This document shows positions 27,040-41,974 of a DNA stretch of 64,000 nucleotides, in pieces. Below the pieces are notes generated by a model, which saw nothing but the letters and a program-made list of their open reading frames with translations, had not been told where the DNA came from and ran no database searches. Location: NCBI GenBank assembly GCA_951406725.2, contig OX597829.1, forward strand, positions 35,960,001 through 36,024,000, read 5' to 3'. The translations under genes were made by a program, and so were the position numbers. Every line of letters begins with the position of its first letter. Position 1 is the stretch's first letter. Source of the stretch: Octopus vulgaris. Taxonomy: Eukaryota.

Positions 27040-27541
27040 CTTGTTCTTTCACTTCTTTCAGTCATTAGACTTCAGCCATGCCGGGGCACCGCACAGAAGA
27101 ATTTTGGTGGAATGAATCAAGCCCATTACATTTCTTTTCCTTTTAAGCCTGGTACTTATTCCATCGGTCCATTTACTAAACCGCTAAGTTACGGGGTTGT
27201 AAATAAACCAACACGTGTGGTCAGGCGGTGGTGGTGGTGGTGGGAAAAACACAAAGATAAACACAAACACACTCGCATATATATGTTTGTGTGTGTATGT
27301 GTGTGTATGTGTGTATGTATGTAAGTGTGTGTGTATGTGTGAGTATGTGTGTATGTATGTAAGTGTGTGTGTGTGTGTATGTGTGTTCTCTCAGTTTCCG
27401 TTCACCAGATCCACTCACAAGATTTTGATCGGCCCGTGGCAATAGTAGAGGACACTTACAGATAATGCCGTGGAGTTGATCTGAACACAGAAGCATATGG
27501 CTGGGAAGCAAGATTCTTACCACACAGCCACGCCTGCGCCT
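27040..27541 (-). mobile_element. SINE family A (further fragments at 23360-23530, 27570-27740, 28295-28350, 33620-33745, 57270-57590, 59505-59690)
   Basis: Ends with the reverse complement of the head, CCACACAGCCACGCCTGCGCCT. Confidence 0.85.
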
Positions 27542-27919
27542 ATATACCATTTTTTTTAGATACTTTTCTCAGCCATTTGACTGCAGCAGCGCTGGGGCAT
27601 GTTCTTGAAGATATTTAGTTGAACAAATCAAGCCCTGGACTGTTTTGTTTAAAGGCTGGTATTCATTATATCGATCACTTAAACCGAACCGCTACGTTAC
27701 GGGAATATAATCATACCAACACTGGTTGAGGGTCGGTGTTTCGAGGATCCTCACAGATACAAAGACACATACACATAGATACATACGTGTGTGTGTGTTT
27801 GTGTGTGCCCGTGCATGTGTATGTGTATGAATATGAATATGAATATACGTCTATATATTTGAGTGTATACATAAGTGTTTGCACACACACATACACTTGC
27901 ACGCTTATATATAGATGCA

Positions 27920-28026
<107 letters not shown>

Positions 28027-28160
28027 ATAAAGATAAATTAATTATAGAGGTTTCATTGACAATCCAATAATTTATTTATATTACAATATTACATTAAATT
28101 CTATGAGTATAATATATAACTTAACATAATATTATTTAAATAATTATAAAGACCGTAAAA

Positions 28161-28235
28161 GGCCAACAAATTGTTTCGACTTATATACATTTTTTCTCCT
28201 ATCACAGTTCCATTATATAGGTCACTTCAGGGTCC
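28161..28235 (-). ncRNA. Type-I hammerhead-like motif (decayed core)
   Basis: GGACC-CUGAAGU-GAC[CUAUAUA...UAUAUAA]GUC-GAAA-CAAUUUG-UU-GGCC. Confidence 0.5.
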
Positions 28236-28352
28236 TTGGTTTAGAGAGACGAAATCCCGTGTCAAAGGACCGCTTGATTGTAAAAATATTCATTCTTTTA
28301 TTCTTTTACTTGTTTCAGTCATATGACTGCGGCCATGCTAAAGCACCGTCTG

Positions 28353-28405
<53 letters not shown>

Positions 28406-28536
28406 ATTATATATTAGATAATAAATCGTATGGTATATACCTGGTAGCTTACGGGTAAAACGCGTTCAGTTTCACTGTTTGTTGTATATGAGATTAATGT
28501 GAGACACGAAAGATGGAAGATACGAGAATGTTTATT

Positions 28537-28644
28537 AATCACGACAATTCTTTCGACCCAGCTAGCATCGATTCCTCACGGGTGGGATACTGAACAACTG
28601 GTTCAGGAGTATCCGTCGGTGTAGATGTATCTCTTCAGATGATT
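28537..28644 (-). ncRNA. Type-I hammerhead ribozyme motif with long stem II
   Basis: Stem I AAUCAU/GUGAUU, core CUGAAGA, stem II GAU...GUC with inner hairpin GGAUAC..CUGAAC..GUUCAG-UAUCC, then GAAA-GAAUUG-UC. Confidence 0.65.
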
Positions 28645-29051
28645 ACAAGATGTATCTTCGTTAAAATAACGACCGTTCCGTAAGATAACTTCTCTGTTTG
28701 TGTATTTATATATACAGTCACATAGAATAGTATATTCACATGTAGTTTTGTTTTATTGTATCATGCTTGTGGATTTATGAATATATGAATATGCATGTAG
28801 TAAATATAAATAGCTACTACATACATTATATATATATATATATATATATATATGCATATGTTAACTCTTATTTCTGGCAAGGTGGTACTTAGTGACTTTC
28901 TATTAATATTATTAATGAATTATAAAATTTTATTGGTTTTCCATATAACGCTATTTTTGATTCCTGGTCACGAATATTATTGTTGTTTTTGTTATTAACT
29001 GTTTATATATATTTACTGCTAATGATAATAATAAAAATAATAATAATAATA

Positions 29052-29400
29052 GCCATGAGTTGAGAAGGATTCTTTGGGGTTTGAATAATTCACCTCTGGA
29101 AACATGGGTGTTTCGTTCAACATCCTTAAACAACCCTTATTCAGGGACCTTTTGAGCGGGATGGGCTACTCAACCTGAAGAAAATTCTAACTGGGTCCCA
29201 CCTGCAAGGTCATGTGCTGTTTATCTTGATATGAGATCACCATGTCGCGCACATATGGTTGTGATGCATGTGCCTGGTGTACCCTTATCAGACGGGTAGT
29301 CATGATGGGTATACTGGGCTTTGTATATTTTACCCCAATGTCACTTTGATGGCATGCTCTGCTCGCACACTCAATAATAATAATAATAATAATAATAATG

Positions 29401-29471
<71 letters not shown>
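29052..29471 (+). mobile_element. Retroposon 3' fragment with (AAT)n tail, inserted in an (AAT)n tract
   Basis: A 320-bp GC-richer block begins right after AATAATAAT and ends CACTC(AAT)n, consistent with a TAA-repeat-targeting LINE 3' UTR (family inferred). Confidence 0.5.
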
Positions 29472-29474
29472 CGT

Positions 29475-29681
29475 TTCTATTATAGGCAAAAGCCGGACAC
29501 TTGGGAGAGGGGATAGTCGATTACATCGATCCTAGTGTTTCACTGGTACTTAATTTATCGACCCCGAAAGGATGAAATGTAAAGTCTATGTCGGCAGGAT
29601 TTGATCTCAGAACGTAGAGACATGCGTAATACCACCAAGTGTTTCGTCCAGCTAGTTAACAATTCTGCCAGCTTGCCGCCT
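29475..29681 (-). mobile_element. SINE family B (tail variant 2)
   Basis: GTCGATTACATCGA...GACCCCGAAAGGATGAAA...CTGCCAGCTTGCCGCC. Confidence 0.85.
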
Positions 29682-29685
29682 TAAG

Positions 29686-29776
<91 letters not shown>

Positions 29777-29791
29777 TAATAATAATCTATG

Positions 29792-29958
<167 letters not shown>

Positions 29959-30089
29959 ATATATATATATATATTGTTGTATTTAGGGATGGTCATGCTG
30001 CCAGTATGTAAAAACACATGCACTATATATTTGGCGTTAATTTGCTTCAGCTTTAATTATTTTCTACATTACTCTTAATCTTATTTCGG

Positions 30090-30146
<57 letters not shown>

Positions 30147-30242
30147 CATGCATGTATATATAACGGGTCATAACTATTAGTATATGCTCCTTCATTTCTA
30201 TGAAACTATCTATCTTTCTATATGTCTATTTATCTTTATATC

Positions 30243-30383
<141 letters not shown>

Positions 30384-30544
30384 ATGCATATATATATAAT
30401 ACTGGCAGACACAGGGACATACGTACAAACAAACATGCACACACTCAGGGACAAACACACATTCATATGTATGTGTGTGTCTGTGTTTCTTTATGCGTAT
30501 TTATATATGTATGTATATATGCATGTATGTATACAACATAAAAC

Positions 30545-30780
30545 TTCCTGTCGAAATTGCCGTATGAAACTGAAATACACAGTCGTGAAAGCTTGTGTAT
30601 GACCAGCCAAAGTTTGTGGTAATGCCAGTAGCTGAAATTTTTCCAATAAAAGAACTCGGTTTTCCTGTTTGAATTTTCTATTCCTTGGATAAGCTTCCTT
30701 CTCGTCGACCTAGAATTAAGCCCGTTCTGACAAGACTATACGGAAGCCTGGGGTCCAGTTGGAAAATAGTGATACGTAAA
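30545..30780 (+). mobile_element. Decayed RTE-like ORF fragment (possible)
   Basis: KLKYTVVKACV*PAKVCG resembles the RTE K..VYKACVRPAMLYG motif. Confidence 0.3.
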
Positions 30781-30830
30781 CACTACAATACAGACAGACA
30801 GACACAAACTAACACACGCGAAAACACACA

Positions 30831-31244
<414 letters not shown>

Positions 31245-31261
31245 ATGTATATATATATATA

Positions 31262-31315
<54 letters not shown>

Positions 31316-31449
31316 GTATATATATGCATATATATATATATATATGTATATATATCTTTATATATAGATAGTAAATATATAAGTACGTATATTTATATTT
31401 ATACATATGTATGTATGTATATATATATATACGTGTATATATATTAATG

Positions 31450-31489
<40 letters not shown>

Positions 31490-31869
31490 GGTTATAAAAT
31501 GAGATAGGGGTTGAAAATTCAACCCACCATGGGATAATATATATCCAATATACTGCTAGATAGGTACCCAACAAAATTGATACATAGATGTTAGAAATTG
31601 CCAAGCAATCAGTTCATCTATTGTATTAAATGGGTAAGGGTAATAATATTACCGTAAATTAATACTACAAAATTAGAGAATGGAGAAACATATTTAAATC
31701 AATAAAACATCAACTATCCGATGATACTCAATCCATACTTTAATACACCATTACATAGGAGTAAAGGCAATATATAAAATGAAATGAAATGAGATATACA
31801 GTAATAGTAAAAGTAAAAAGATAAAGAGATATAAGTAAAAAATTACAAATACAATATGCAAATAAATCA

Positions 31870-31980
31870 AAACTGACAGCTGTTTCGGCAGTGAGGACAG
31901 TCATACCTCATTTAACCTATAAGCCATAAAGGCAGGTATAAATGAGGCATAACAAAGATGCCCCACGGCCTCTTCAGAGA
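31870..31980 (-). ncRNA. Type-I hammerhead motif (inverted copy)
   Basis: Reverse complement of 32896-33010. Confidence 0.7.
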
Positions 31981-32187
31981 ATTAAATTAGATTTGTTATA
32001 ATAGTGAAAAATATTATATAATCATATACATATAAATATAAAAATATCTGAATTAGTAACATACTGATATTTAAAAATACATTTATATCTTAATTAAATA
32101 TTTTATAGAATGCATGGATGGTTCTTTTTTTGTTATTGAGGCTCAGTTATAATTTTGAAGGACTTAGTGTTAGCATGGTTGCTTCCC

Positions 32188-32224
<37 letters not shown>

Positions 32225-32522
32225 CTAAGTGTTAGCTGTTGCTTATGATTATGTATATGTACAAGTGTATGTATATACATATAACTATGTGTGTATGTGC
32301 GATTGATCTGTAGATGCGTGTGTGAATATTGGCGTTCCCTGACTAACCAACCGTATAATTTTCTTTTGTGATTTAAATTTCAAACCAATAGCCAATCGAA
32401 TTAATCTAAATTTTCTTTACCTAGTGGTCAGCATTTCTTAACTCATAGTTATTTCGATCTTGGAAGGATGGACTTGGTGATAACTTAACTGTATCTATTT
32501 TATTATTTTTTATTATTATTAC

Positions 32523-32556
<34 letters not shown>

Positions 32557-32895
32557 AGTAATTTTTATTAACTTTTATAGCTTTAGAATTTTATGAACTG
32601 TACCACGGATTTAATTATTATTATTTTTCATCTCCATATGTGTTAGCCCTTTTTTTATATAAAAAAAACTATTAGCTAAATATGTATGATATCGGTACTT
32701 ATTAATATTATATATACACTGTTATATATTTTGTTTTATTTTGTTCTGGCTACCTTCCTTTTTGTACAAATGTGTATTATATTATACAAGTGTAGCATTA
32801 TGATGTATAAGTTTTTATATTTTACTTTTTTATATTTTTATATTTATATGTATATGATTATATAATATTTTTCACTATTATAACAAATCTAATTT

Positions 32896-33010
32896 AATTC
32901 TCTGAAGAGGCCGTGGGGCATCTTTGTTAATGCCTCATTTATACCTGCCTTTATGGCTTATAGGTTAAATGAGGTATGACTGTCCTCACTGCCGAAACAG
33001 CTGTCAGTTT
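32896..33010 (+). ncRNA. Type-I hammerhead motif with a 79-nt stem-II extension
   Basis: CUGAAGA-GGC[79 nt including CCUCAUUUA/UAAAUGAGG]GCC-GAAA-CAGCUG-UC; palindromic stem III, GUC site, weak stem I. Confidence 0.7.
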
Positions 33011-33418
33011 TGATTTATTTGCATATTGTATTTGTAATTTTTTACTTATATCTCTTTATCTTTTTACTTTTACTATTACTGTATATCTCATTTCATTTCA
33101 TTTTATATATTGCCTTTACTCCTATGTAATGGTGTATTAAAGTATGGATTGAGTATCATCGGATAGTTGATGTTTTATTGATTTAAATATGTTTCTCCAT
33201 TCTCTAATTTTGTAGTATATATATGTATATATACATGTATATAAATATCTGTATATATATATATATACAGATATATACGTATATATATATGTATAAATAT
33301 ATATATATCTTTAAATATAGATAGTAAATATATATGTATACATATTTATATTTATACATATATATGTATGTATATATGTATATATAAATATATACATGTG
33401 TGGTATATATATATATAT

Positions 33419-33480
<62 letters not shown>

Positions 33481-34111
33481 GTATAAAAATAAAATTACGT
33501 GTATATATATTATATCATTTATCCTTTTTTTCGTTTGAGTTATTGAACTGTAGCCTTGCTGATGTACTTTTTTCAGGTGATTAGTCAAACTAATGAATAC
33601 CAAGTACAATTTAGTTTAGTAATCTTTAAGTACTTTTTTAATCTGTCACTTAATCTATCGCTGTTTTTTACTGAAACGTCTGGGCACGAAGAGTATCCAA
33701 CACCGGTTGTCAAAGGATAATGGGGGGACAAACAGATAGACACACATGTAGTTACATGCATGCATGCATGCAACCATTACATCCATCCACCCATACATAC
33801 ATACATATACACTCAGATAAATATATATATATATATATACATATATACATGCATCTATTTATATATGTTTGTATATATGTATGTATGTATACATGTATGT
33901 TTTTGAATATCTATATATATGAATATTCACAGGCATAATTTATCTTCGCATATATGTACCATAATTAAAAAGATTATCGACTGAAAGTATACATATAAAA
34001 ATTTCTATACATCTCGTTAAGAGACACACTTAGAAATTATATCAATCTTCCACTATGTGTATGTGTAGCATATGTATAAATTTGTGCAAACACATACTCC
34101 TACCCCTCCCT

Positions 34112-34161
<50 letters not shown>

Positions 34162-34461
34162 GGATACACGTACATTGCATCAATATATTTATACATACAT
34201 GCGCACATACATACAAGTATACGTCCATCCATGCATCCATCCCTTTATCCATCCATACCACCCCACACGCACACAAACACCCACACACACACACACAATG
34301 AGATATAAGTGTTCAGAAGAAAAATTGGGAATATTATTGAAATTAATTATTTTATACGTACGTCCTCGTTCTTAAATTTGACTATATACCTGTGTCTCTT
34401 TGTGTTTGTGAGTGTGCGTGTATGTGTCTATGTATGTGTCAGTACGTGGGTGTATGTATAT

Positions 34462-34502
<41 letters not shown>

Positions 34503-34784
34503 GAAAGAGAGAGAGAGAGAGAAAGAAAGACAGACAGACAGACATATATGCACAGATATAAAGTTGTATAACTACGCACACACACAGACGCACTCTGACA
34601 CATAAACACACCATCACGCGTATGTATTTAAATATATGTAAAATCTTAGACGTGCTCGTGAATATGAGATTCATGGAAGATTTTTTTAGCGAAACTTAGA
34701 ATAAATTTGTCATACATCTAATTGTGTTTATTTATTTATAGAAACGAAACCGTTGACGGGATCATTGTATAAATGTCTGTGTGC

Positions 34785-34823
<39 letters not shown>

Positions 34824-34860
34824 CAAACATACATACATATATATCTATATCCATATATAG

Positions 34861-34892
<32 letters not shown>

Positions 34893-35354
34893 CATATATA
34901 TATAGGTATATACATATATATAATTATATGTGTGTGTGTGCATATATGCAGACTTACACACACACAAACTCATATATAGGGTGTGATAAATGAATACTTG
35001 CGTATATTCTATACCGTGTGTTGTAACAAATTTTTGTAAATCGTCGTTAAAAATATATGCGTATATACATTTATGCGGTTTGTGTATGAATTTGAGCGCA
35101 CAGATATATGGTTACGAGCAAATTATTTTGATATTTAATGAGCAAAGTATTTTCATAAAATGTTTGATATATGGATTAATATAATTTTATGTAATTAATA
35201 TATTAAATACATTTAAAATAGGCTTCTACCTAAGCAAAAATTAATCAGCATATACTTGCTACAAATAATTTTTTTTTTATCAATTTCGTTTTGCGTGTGT
35301 GTGTATATACATACACATATATGTATATATAGATAGATACACACACACACACAT

Positions 35355-35422
<68 letters not shown>

Positions 35423-35461
35423 TCATTGTCAACATCATCATCCTAATCATTATCATAATCA

Positions 35462-35531
<70 letters not shown>

Positions 35532-35675
35532 AATTATTATTATTATTATAAATACGCACTAATTTCTATAGTTTACTATGTATAATTTTTTTCCGTCAGT
35601 AATATACAATTGATAGTATGATTGTATATGTATATTTACGCATATATATGTATGTACGTGTGTATGTGCATTTAT

Positions 35676-35782
<107 letters not shown>

Positions 35783-36024
35783 AATAAAATAGATGTACTG
35801 TGTATATATAAATTCTTGTGCTTAAAATACTTACACCCACACGCAAATGGAGAAAGCGAGATGGATAGATTTTGCATAAGATATATTCATTCTTTATTCT
35901 CAGTAGCTTTAACATTTTCTTAGAAATACAGAAATACAGAAACACCTAAACACATACATATATATCTGTGTGTGTGTATGTGTGTGTGTGTGTGTGTGCG
36001 TATGTGTGTACACACACAGACATA

Positions 36025-36845
36025 CACGTTGCGATTGATAAATTAAGGCTATTTCATATTTTTATTACACGCATGCGCATTTTTATGTTTCATTTTGTCG
36101 ACTACACAGCATAGTAGGGTCACTTGGGCACCGCCTGTGAGGAAAACAGCACCAATGCCTCAATTCGCCCTGTCACAAATTTGGGAGCGACATACAGTAC
36201 TGCTCCAATATGAACAATTCAGAGTGTTTCGGTGTCAAATTGAGGACATGTAACGAGAGAGATAAAAATCAAACATCCAGACAACATCATCGTGTTTGGA
36301 ATGATCACTAGTGGTGGCCACGTTCATCTTCTCACACGGTCTCAGACCTAACACGGAGGCTGACATCAAGCGACTGGAGGAGGTGGTGCTACCCAGGGTG
36401 AAGAGGGTGGCGAGTGGAAGACGCTGTGTCTGTCTGCACCATTCCAAACAAGCAGAAGAATACAGTTACGGCTGTCAGACAATTTCTGTGACCACATTAC
36501 TTCTAACATCTGGCTACCTAATTTCAACCGCTTTGATTATTACGTGTGGAGTGCAGTTGAGCGAGAGACCAACAAATTCCTTCTAACACCAAAGATAAAC
36601 TGAAGGGAAGGATGATGGCAGCATTCACCATCTTACACCAGGAGACCATCCAGAAAAATTGCAGGGGATTCCGAAGTCGTCTCGAGGCTGTGGTTGAAGT
36701 TGAAAGCAATTTTATTGAATAAATTTACTCCTTAGTATTTCAAGATATTTTTTTGTAATTTTGGCAAATATATCTGTAAAAATGAGATGTCAGTGTTTTT
36801 TTCATTTTTACGTAATTTAGACGACAGTTTATTCACCGCACCCTG
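36025..36845 (+). mobile_element. Deleted Tc1/mariner transposon (maT/DD37D-like)
   Basis: KHPDNIIVFG, FIFSHGLRPNTEADIKRLEEVVLP, FDYYVWSAVERETN, FRSRLEAVVEVESNFIE*; right end TTATTCACCGCACCCTG-TA; left TIR weak. Confidence 0.85.
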
Positions 36846-37446
36846 TATATATATATATATATGTGTTTGTGTGTGTGTGTGTGTGTGTCTGTATGTATGT
36901 ATACATGCACACATACACATGTGTGTGTATTTGCATACACACATACATAATGTAACCATTCTTGCTGTATGAAAAATAATTACGAAAGTGGGTGCTCACC
37001 TTCTTAATTTAGCGAAGGAAGTACTTTTAATTAATTAAAATTTCCATCATAATCGGGAAAAGCAATCATTGTCTTCAAGACTTAGTTTGGTCAGGAAATT
37101 CGTGGAATACAACCCCTAGAATTTAAGTTAAAATTAATTATGAGAATGTACTGTGAATTGAGTCCCTACTTTAGTATCATGGTGACAAAGCCTCGACAAG
37201 TTTCAGTTGTATTAGACCTTATCAAGCATGCTCCAGAATTTGTTGAATAGAAAATTGTATAGAATTTTTCTGAATGTACACACAATGCTGTTATAATTTA
37301 CTGAGCAGGATTGATTGAGAAATGCATGTGGAGAACTCCAAATTTATATAAATTAATAGTGCTATGTCGTTTTAGAAAAATGCTTGTTTTCTTTTTATAT
37401 GGTTGTTTGTTTTTTTTCTTATACTCATATACCTATTAGATTATTC

Positions 37447-37485
37447 TTCACTGTTGAGGTTTAAAAAGGCCGAAATATGTCACAC
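37447..37485 (+). ncRNA. Decayed minimal hammerhead-like motif
   Basis: CUGUUGA-GGUUU-AAAA-AGGCC-GAAA-UAUG-UC. Confidence 0.4.
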
Positions 37486-37749
37486 TTCTAACTTCATTTC
37501 TAAGTATCAGAGTCATTACTGTTCCACATTTTTGTTTATTAATTGTAGTTAACTTAAATTTCAGAAATCGTCTTCCGAGCCTATCTTGATTAGAAATATT
37601 CATTAAGATGATTGTATTTTCACACAATGGGTGTAATTGAAATTAAATAAAATTCACTTTGCTTACTACATTAATTTTAATACCAGCCAATGCATGCATA
37701 CATACAAACACACATACATACATACATATAGACATGCATGTATGTGCGA

Positions 37750-37786
<37 letters not shown>

Positions 37787-38570
37787 TATATACACGTGCA
37801 CACATATGGAGGATCTTCGCCATTCAAAAGCGTTTCAGTTGTTCAATCAACTGAATTACTCGCTCCTGATTTTTCATTCCAACGGATGAGTATTCCGCAG
37901 ACACATAAACCATTTCATCGATAGCGGGCAAGGTCATCTTAGCAGAATTTCTATGTATGGTGTGGTAAGGATGTACTAAGAGAATTTCTGTACACCTTCC
38001 GTTTATACAATTCCATTCACAATGTGTGGATCGACGCGAGGTCAAACAAAATGGAATTCGCAAATGTCACTGAATGAAATCCGACTCATGAGGGTCGAAG
38101 CCACGAGGCTCTGGATTTAATTATTTAGTTATACTGCGTATGTACATCTATACACGCAATCCCCCCATGCACACGAACAGACGCACACGCGCGCGCACAC
38201 ATTTGTATATACTTACATACGTTCTTATACATGTATATATGTTCTGAATTATGTGTGTGTAACGGATATATCTATAAATCTGCGCTCGAAAATATAAAAT
38301 ATATATGAAAAGAAATTATGTAATATAACGTGTTATATATTTTATATATACATACATACATACATATATATATATATACATAACATCTATCTATCTTTAG
38401 CTATGTATATATATATAGATATGTAGATATATATATATATATGTGCATAGCTAAAGATAGTTGTTATATAATATACACTTATGCATGTGTATATGTATAT
38501 ATGTACACAGACATATATATACATATATAAACACATATATATGCATATATAAACATATATATGTATGTAT

Positions 38571-38604
<34 letters not shown>

Positions 38605-38836
38605 TCATATGCGCACACACATATATATATATAATATATTTATATATATCAAAATAAGCAACAGAAGATCAAGTAATGATTGCATTGTTCAAATAAATGC
38701 AGCCTCTTGAAACAGTCGTACTGTATCACTACTTGATATCCTGTTGCTTACTTTGATTTATTCAGCTCACTTCGAGCTGTGCGGATAATACTGGACTGAC
38801 TTGAGTACCTAATTCAACTGAATCTCAACTATTTCC

Positions 38837-38914
<78 letters not shown>

Positions 38915-39149
38915 ATGATAGATATAGATATATATAGATATAGGTATGTATATATATTATAAATATTATATATATATATTATATATATGTATATATTATA
39001 TTATATATATTATATATATACATATATATATATTATATATATATATGTATATATATATTATATTATATATATTATATATATACATATATATATATATATT
39101 ATATTATATATATTATATATATTATATATATACATATATATAGAGAGAG

Positions 39150-39198
<49 letters not shown>

Positions 39199-39199
39199 T

Positions 39200-39261
<62 letters not shown>

Positions 39262-39482
39262 TGATAGATAGATAGATAATGTATAATATATGTATGAGTG
39301 CCGGTAAATGTGCTTATGGGATGATGTTATCTATAACGAATCCATGTCTTCGTTTTACTAAAGGAGAATTGAGTGGTTAGGAAACTCCCTTCGCTGCCCT
39401 GGATTCAGGCATTCGATTCCATGGCGTAGCGAAATTATAGCTGGTCATTTACCACATACTCTGGTAAAGGTGAATATTGGTG

Positions 39483-39562
39483 AATATAGTGTTATTGGAC
39501 GCTCAGGAAAGAAGGAAAGAAGGAGGCTTTAACGTTTCGAGCGGAGCTCATCGTCGGAAAAA
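39483..39562 (-). mobile_element. F1 element fragment
   Basis: TTGGACGCTCAGGAAAG...TTAACGTTTCGAGCGGAGCTCATCGTCGGAAA. Confidence 0.8.
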
Positions 39563-39649
39563 TATAGAGGACCTATACCTGTATCGACGTGTTTGCATTG
39601 TGCAATTCGTATATATATATATATATATATATATGCATGTACATATAGT

Positions 39650-39795
39650 TGAAGTTTAAAGAAAAACAAAAGATGAAGACAGGTGTGTAAACAGCAAGCA
39701 GGTGCATTAGTTGGACGCTTGGGAAAGTGAGAAAGTCTTTTACGTTTCAAGCCTGCGCTCTTCAACAGAAAGGAATAAGGGAAAATAAACAGAGA
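39650..39795 (-). mobile_element. F1-related element F2 with hammerhead variant (partial copy at 16215-16298 on +)
   Basis: 39737-39772 minus: CUUU-CUGUUGA-A-GAGC-GCAG-GCUU-GAAACGUA-AAAG. Confidence 0.65.
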
Positions 39796-39940
39796 CAACA
39801 TACACAACCGCGCGCACACACACTCACACACACACATACACATACAAACACACACACGGACACACACACACACACACACATACAAACACAAACACACGCA
39901 CACACACACACAAACATATATATATTTATATATAGAAATA

Positions 39941-39986
<46 letters not shown>

Positions 39987-40121
39987 TATATATGTAAGTT
40001 TTATGTGTGTGGCTAGGCTTCGGTCATTGGAGTGCCCTTTGTCGTTTGTGTATTCACTCGTGTGTGTGTATGTATATGTGCATGTATGTATATATGTATG
40101 ATTGCATGTACGTATATATAT

Positions 40122-40330
40122 AAAGTTATTCCAAACAAGAAAGCACAAAAAAAAAGACAACAACGCGAGGACGTGGAACAAATATAGTGTTATTGGACGC
40201 TCAGGAAAGAAGGAAAGAAGGATGGTTTAACGTTTCGAGCGGAGCTCTTCGTCGGAAACATAGGAGAAGGAAAGATCCAGAGAAGGGAAGACAGAAGAAA
40301 AAAATCGCCAACGGTACACACGAGGTCACA
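40122..40330 (-). mobile_element. F1 hammerhead element, full length
   Basis: 40225-40259 minus: GUUU-CCGACGA-A-GAGC-UCC-GCUC-GAAACGUU-AAAC. Confidence 0.8.
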
Positions 40331-40351
40331 TTTTGAAAATATATATATATA

Positions 40352-40398
<47 letters not shown>

Positions 40399-40525
40399 TG
40401 ACCGATCGACAGATAGATAGATTGATAGATAGATAGATAGATAGATAGATTGATAGATAGATAGAGAGATAGATGGATTGATGGATGGACGGACAGACGG
40501 GCAGACAGACTGATAGGTATGTAGG

Positions 40526-40629
<104 letters not shown>

Positions 40630-41795
40630 GGGTGTGATACAGAGGACAAAACAAACCTCTTATCGTGTTTAATCACATTTTCTTGTGGGGATTTTGTTCT
40701 TTCGTATTTCCCTGATATTCCACTAAGTCTAATAATGGGCGATAACATTCGGAAGTACATGAACATTTTAAGACATTTTGGACTTCCTCACTTGATAGTG
40801 GTAAATAGTCTCGTTTTAAACTAAGCAACAACAGAGTAAGGAAAACATAAGAAACGGAAAAAGAAAAAATCACCACTGGATTTAAAGTTGCATAACAGTT
40901 CAGTCATGGATACTTTAGGTGTGTGTTTCGTCTTCATGTGTAGATGTATTGATTTCATATAGTTCTTTTTCTGTTTTTGCTGGGTTTGTGTCTCAAAAAT
41001 TTGCTCTTTTATTTAGTCTTGTTGTGAAATTCTAAACGGAATAATACAATCATCAACAACTAGTTTTGTGTCATGGTACTGCAATGGTTTCTTGCTTAAT
41101 GTATAGTCAACCGATGAGAAAAATGTTGCACTTGAGTATCCACAGTAACTTTGGAGTTATGATGCGTACAGTTTTAATATTCAACTTGTTTGTTTTTATG
41201 TTAAATTGGTTGTTTCAAGTACTTTTGGTAGCTCGGAGGCTTATAATCTATAAAATCATTGTTCGTGATCTCATGCTACCAACAACAAGCAGGGCAAAAA
41301 CAAACCACTATACCGTCTAGAAATGTTAATAAACTTAGAAATATCATTCCTCAAACGGAGCAAAAACAACTACTGAGAAAATATGAAAAAAATAATGGCA
41401 AGGCTTAAATCCTACCAAATCTAGTCTAGTCTTTAAAAAATATCTAGCAGTAAAGCACTTCTATACACATATATCTACATGCAGGTATACATATATGTAT
41501 CTATGTATAAAAGTATTTGTATATATGTAACTGTTTGTGTCTGTGTTTGCGTGTCTGTGTGTCTATGTGTATGTGTATGCATGCATAGGTGTGTGTGGGT
41601 GGGGTTGTATGTATAATTGTGTATATATATATATATGTGTTTGTAAAGCTAAAAGTGCTGGAAAACAATAATCTGTATGTATTCATGAGATATTATTAAT
41701 GTATCAAACAGATAGGAAATTTTATACAAAAAGGGAGATTGGAATATATGAGCGTCTGCGAGATTGTGTATATACACACGCGCGCGCTCACCCAG

Positions 41796-41839
<44 letters not shown>

Positions 41840-41974
41840 GAGAGTGTGTGTGTGTGTGAATGTACATATGAGCATCTGAATATACTGTGTGTGCAATATC
41901 TGCCAAACATCTGTATGAGAAAAGAGTTATATATTAAACAAACATGATATTATGTATGCATGCTGCAATATTAC

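Larger units (their letters stand above)
31490..33218 (+). mobile_element. Non-coding PLE-like element with inverted pseudo-LTRs of about 386 bp
   Basis: 31662-32047 is the near-identical reverse complement of 32832-33218; each arm carries a hammerhead; (TA)n flanks. Confidence 0.75.

Noticed and set aside
30622-30792. Frame MPVAEIFPIKELGFPV*...VLTRLYG, suggesting a LicD-like tail or an in-frame TGA (selenocysteine)
   Set aside because: No splice sites or SECIS seen, opposite strand to the candidate exon chain, and adjacent sequence fits a decayed RTE fragment better
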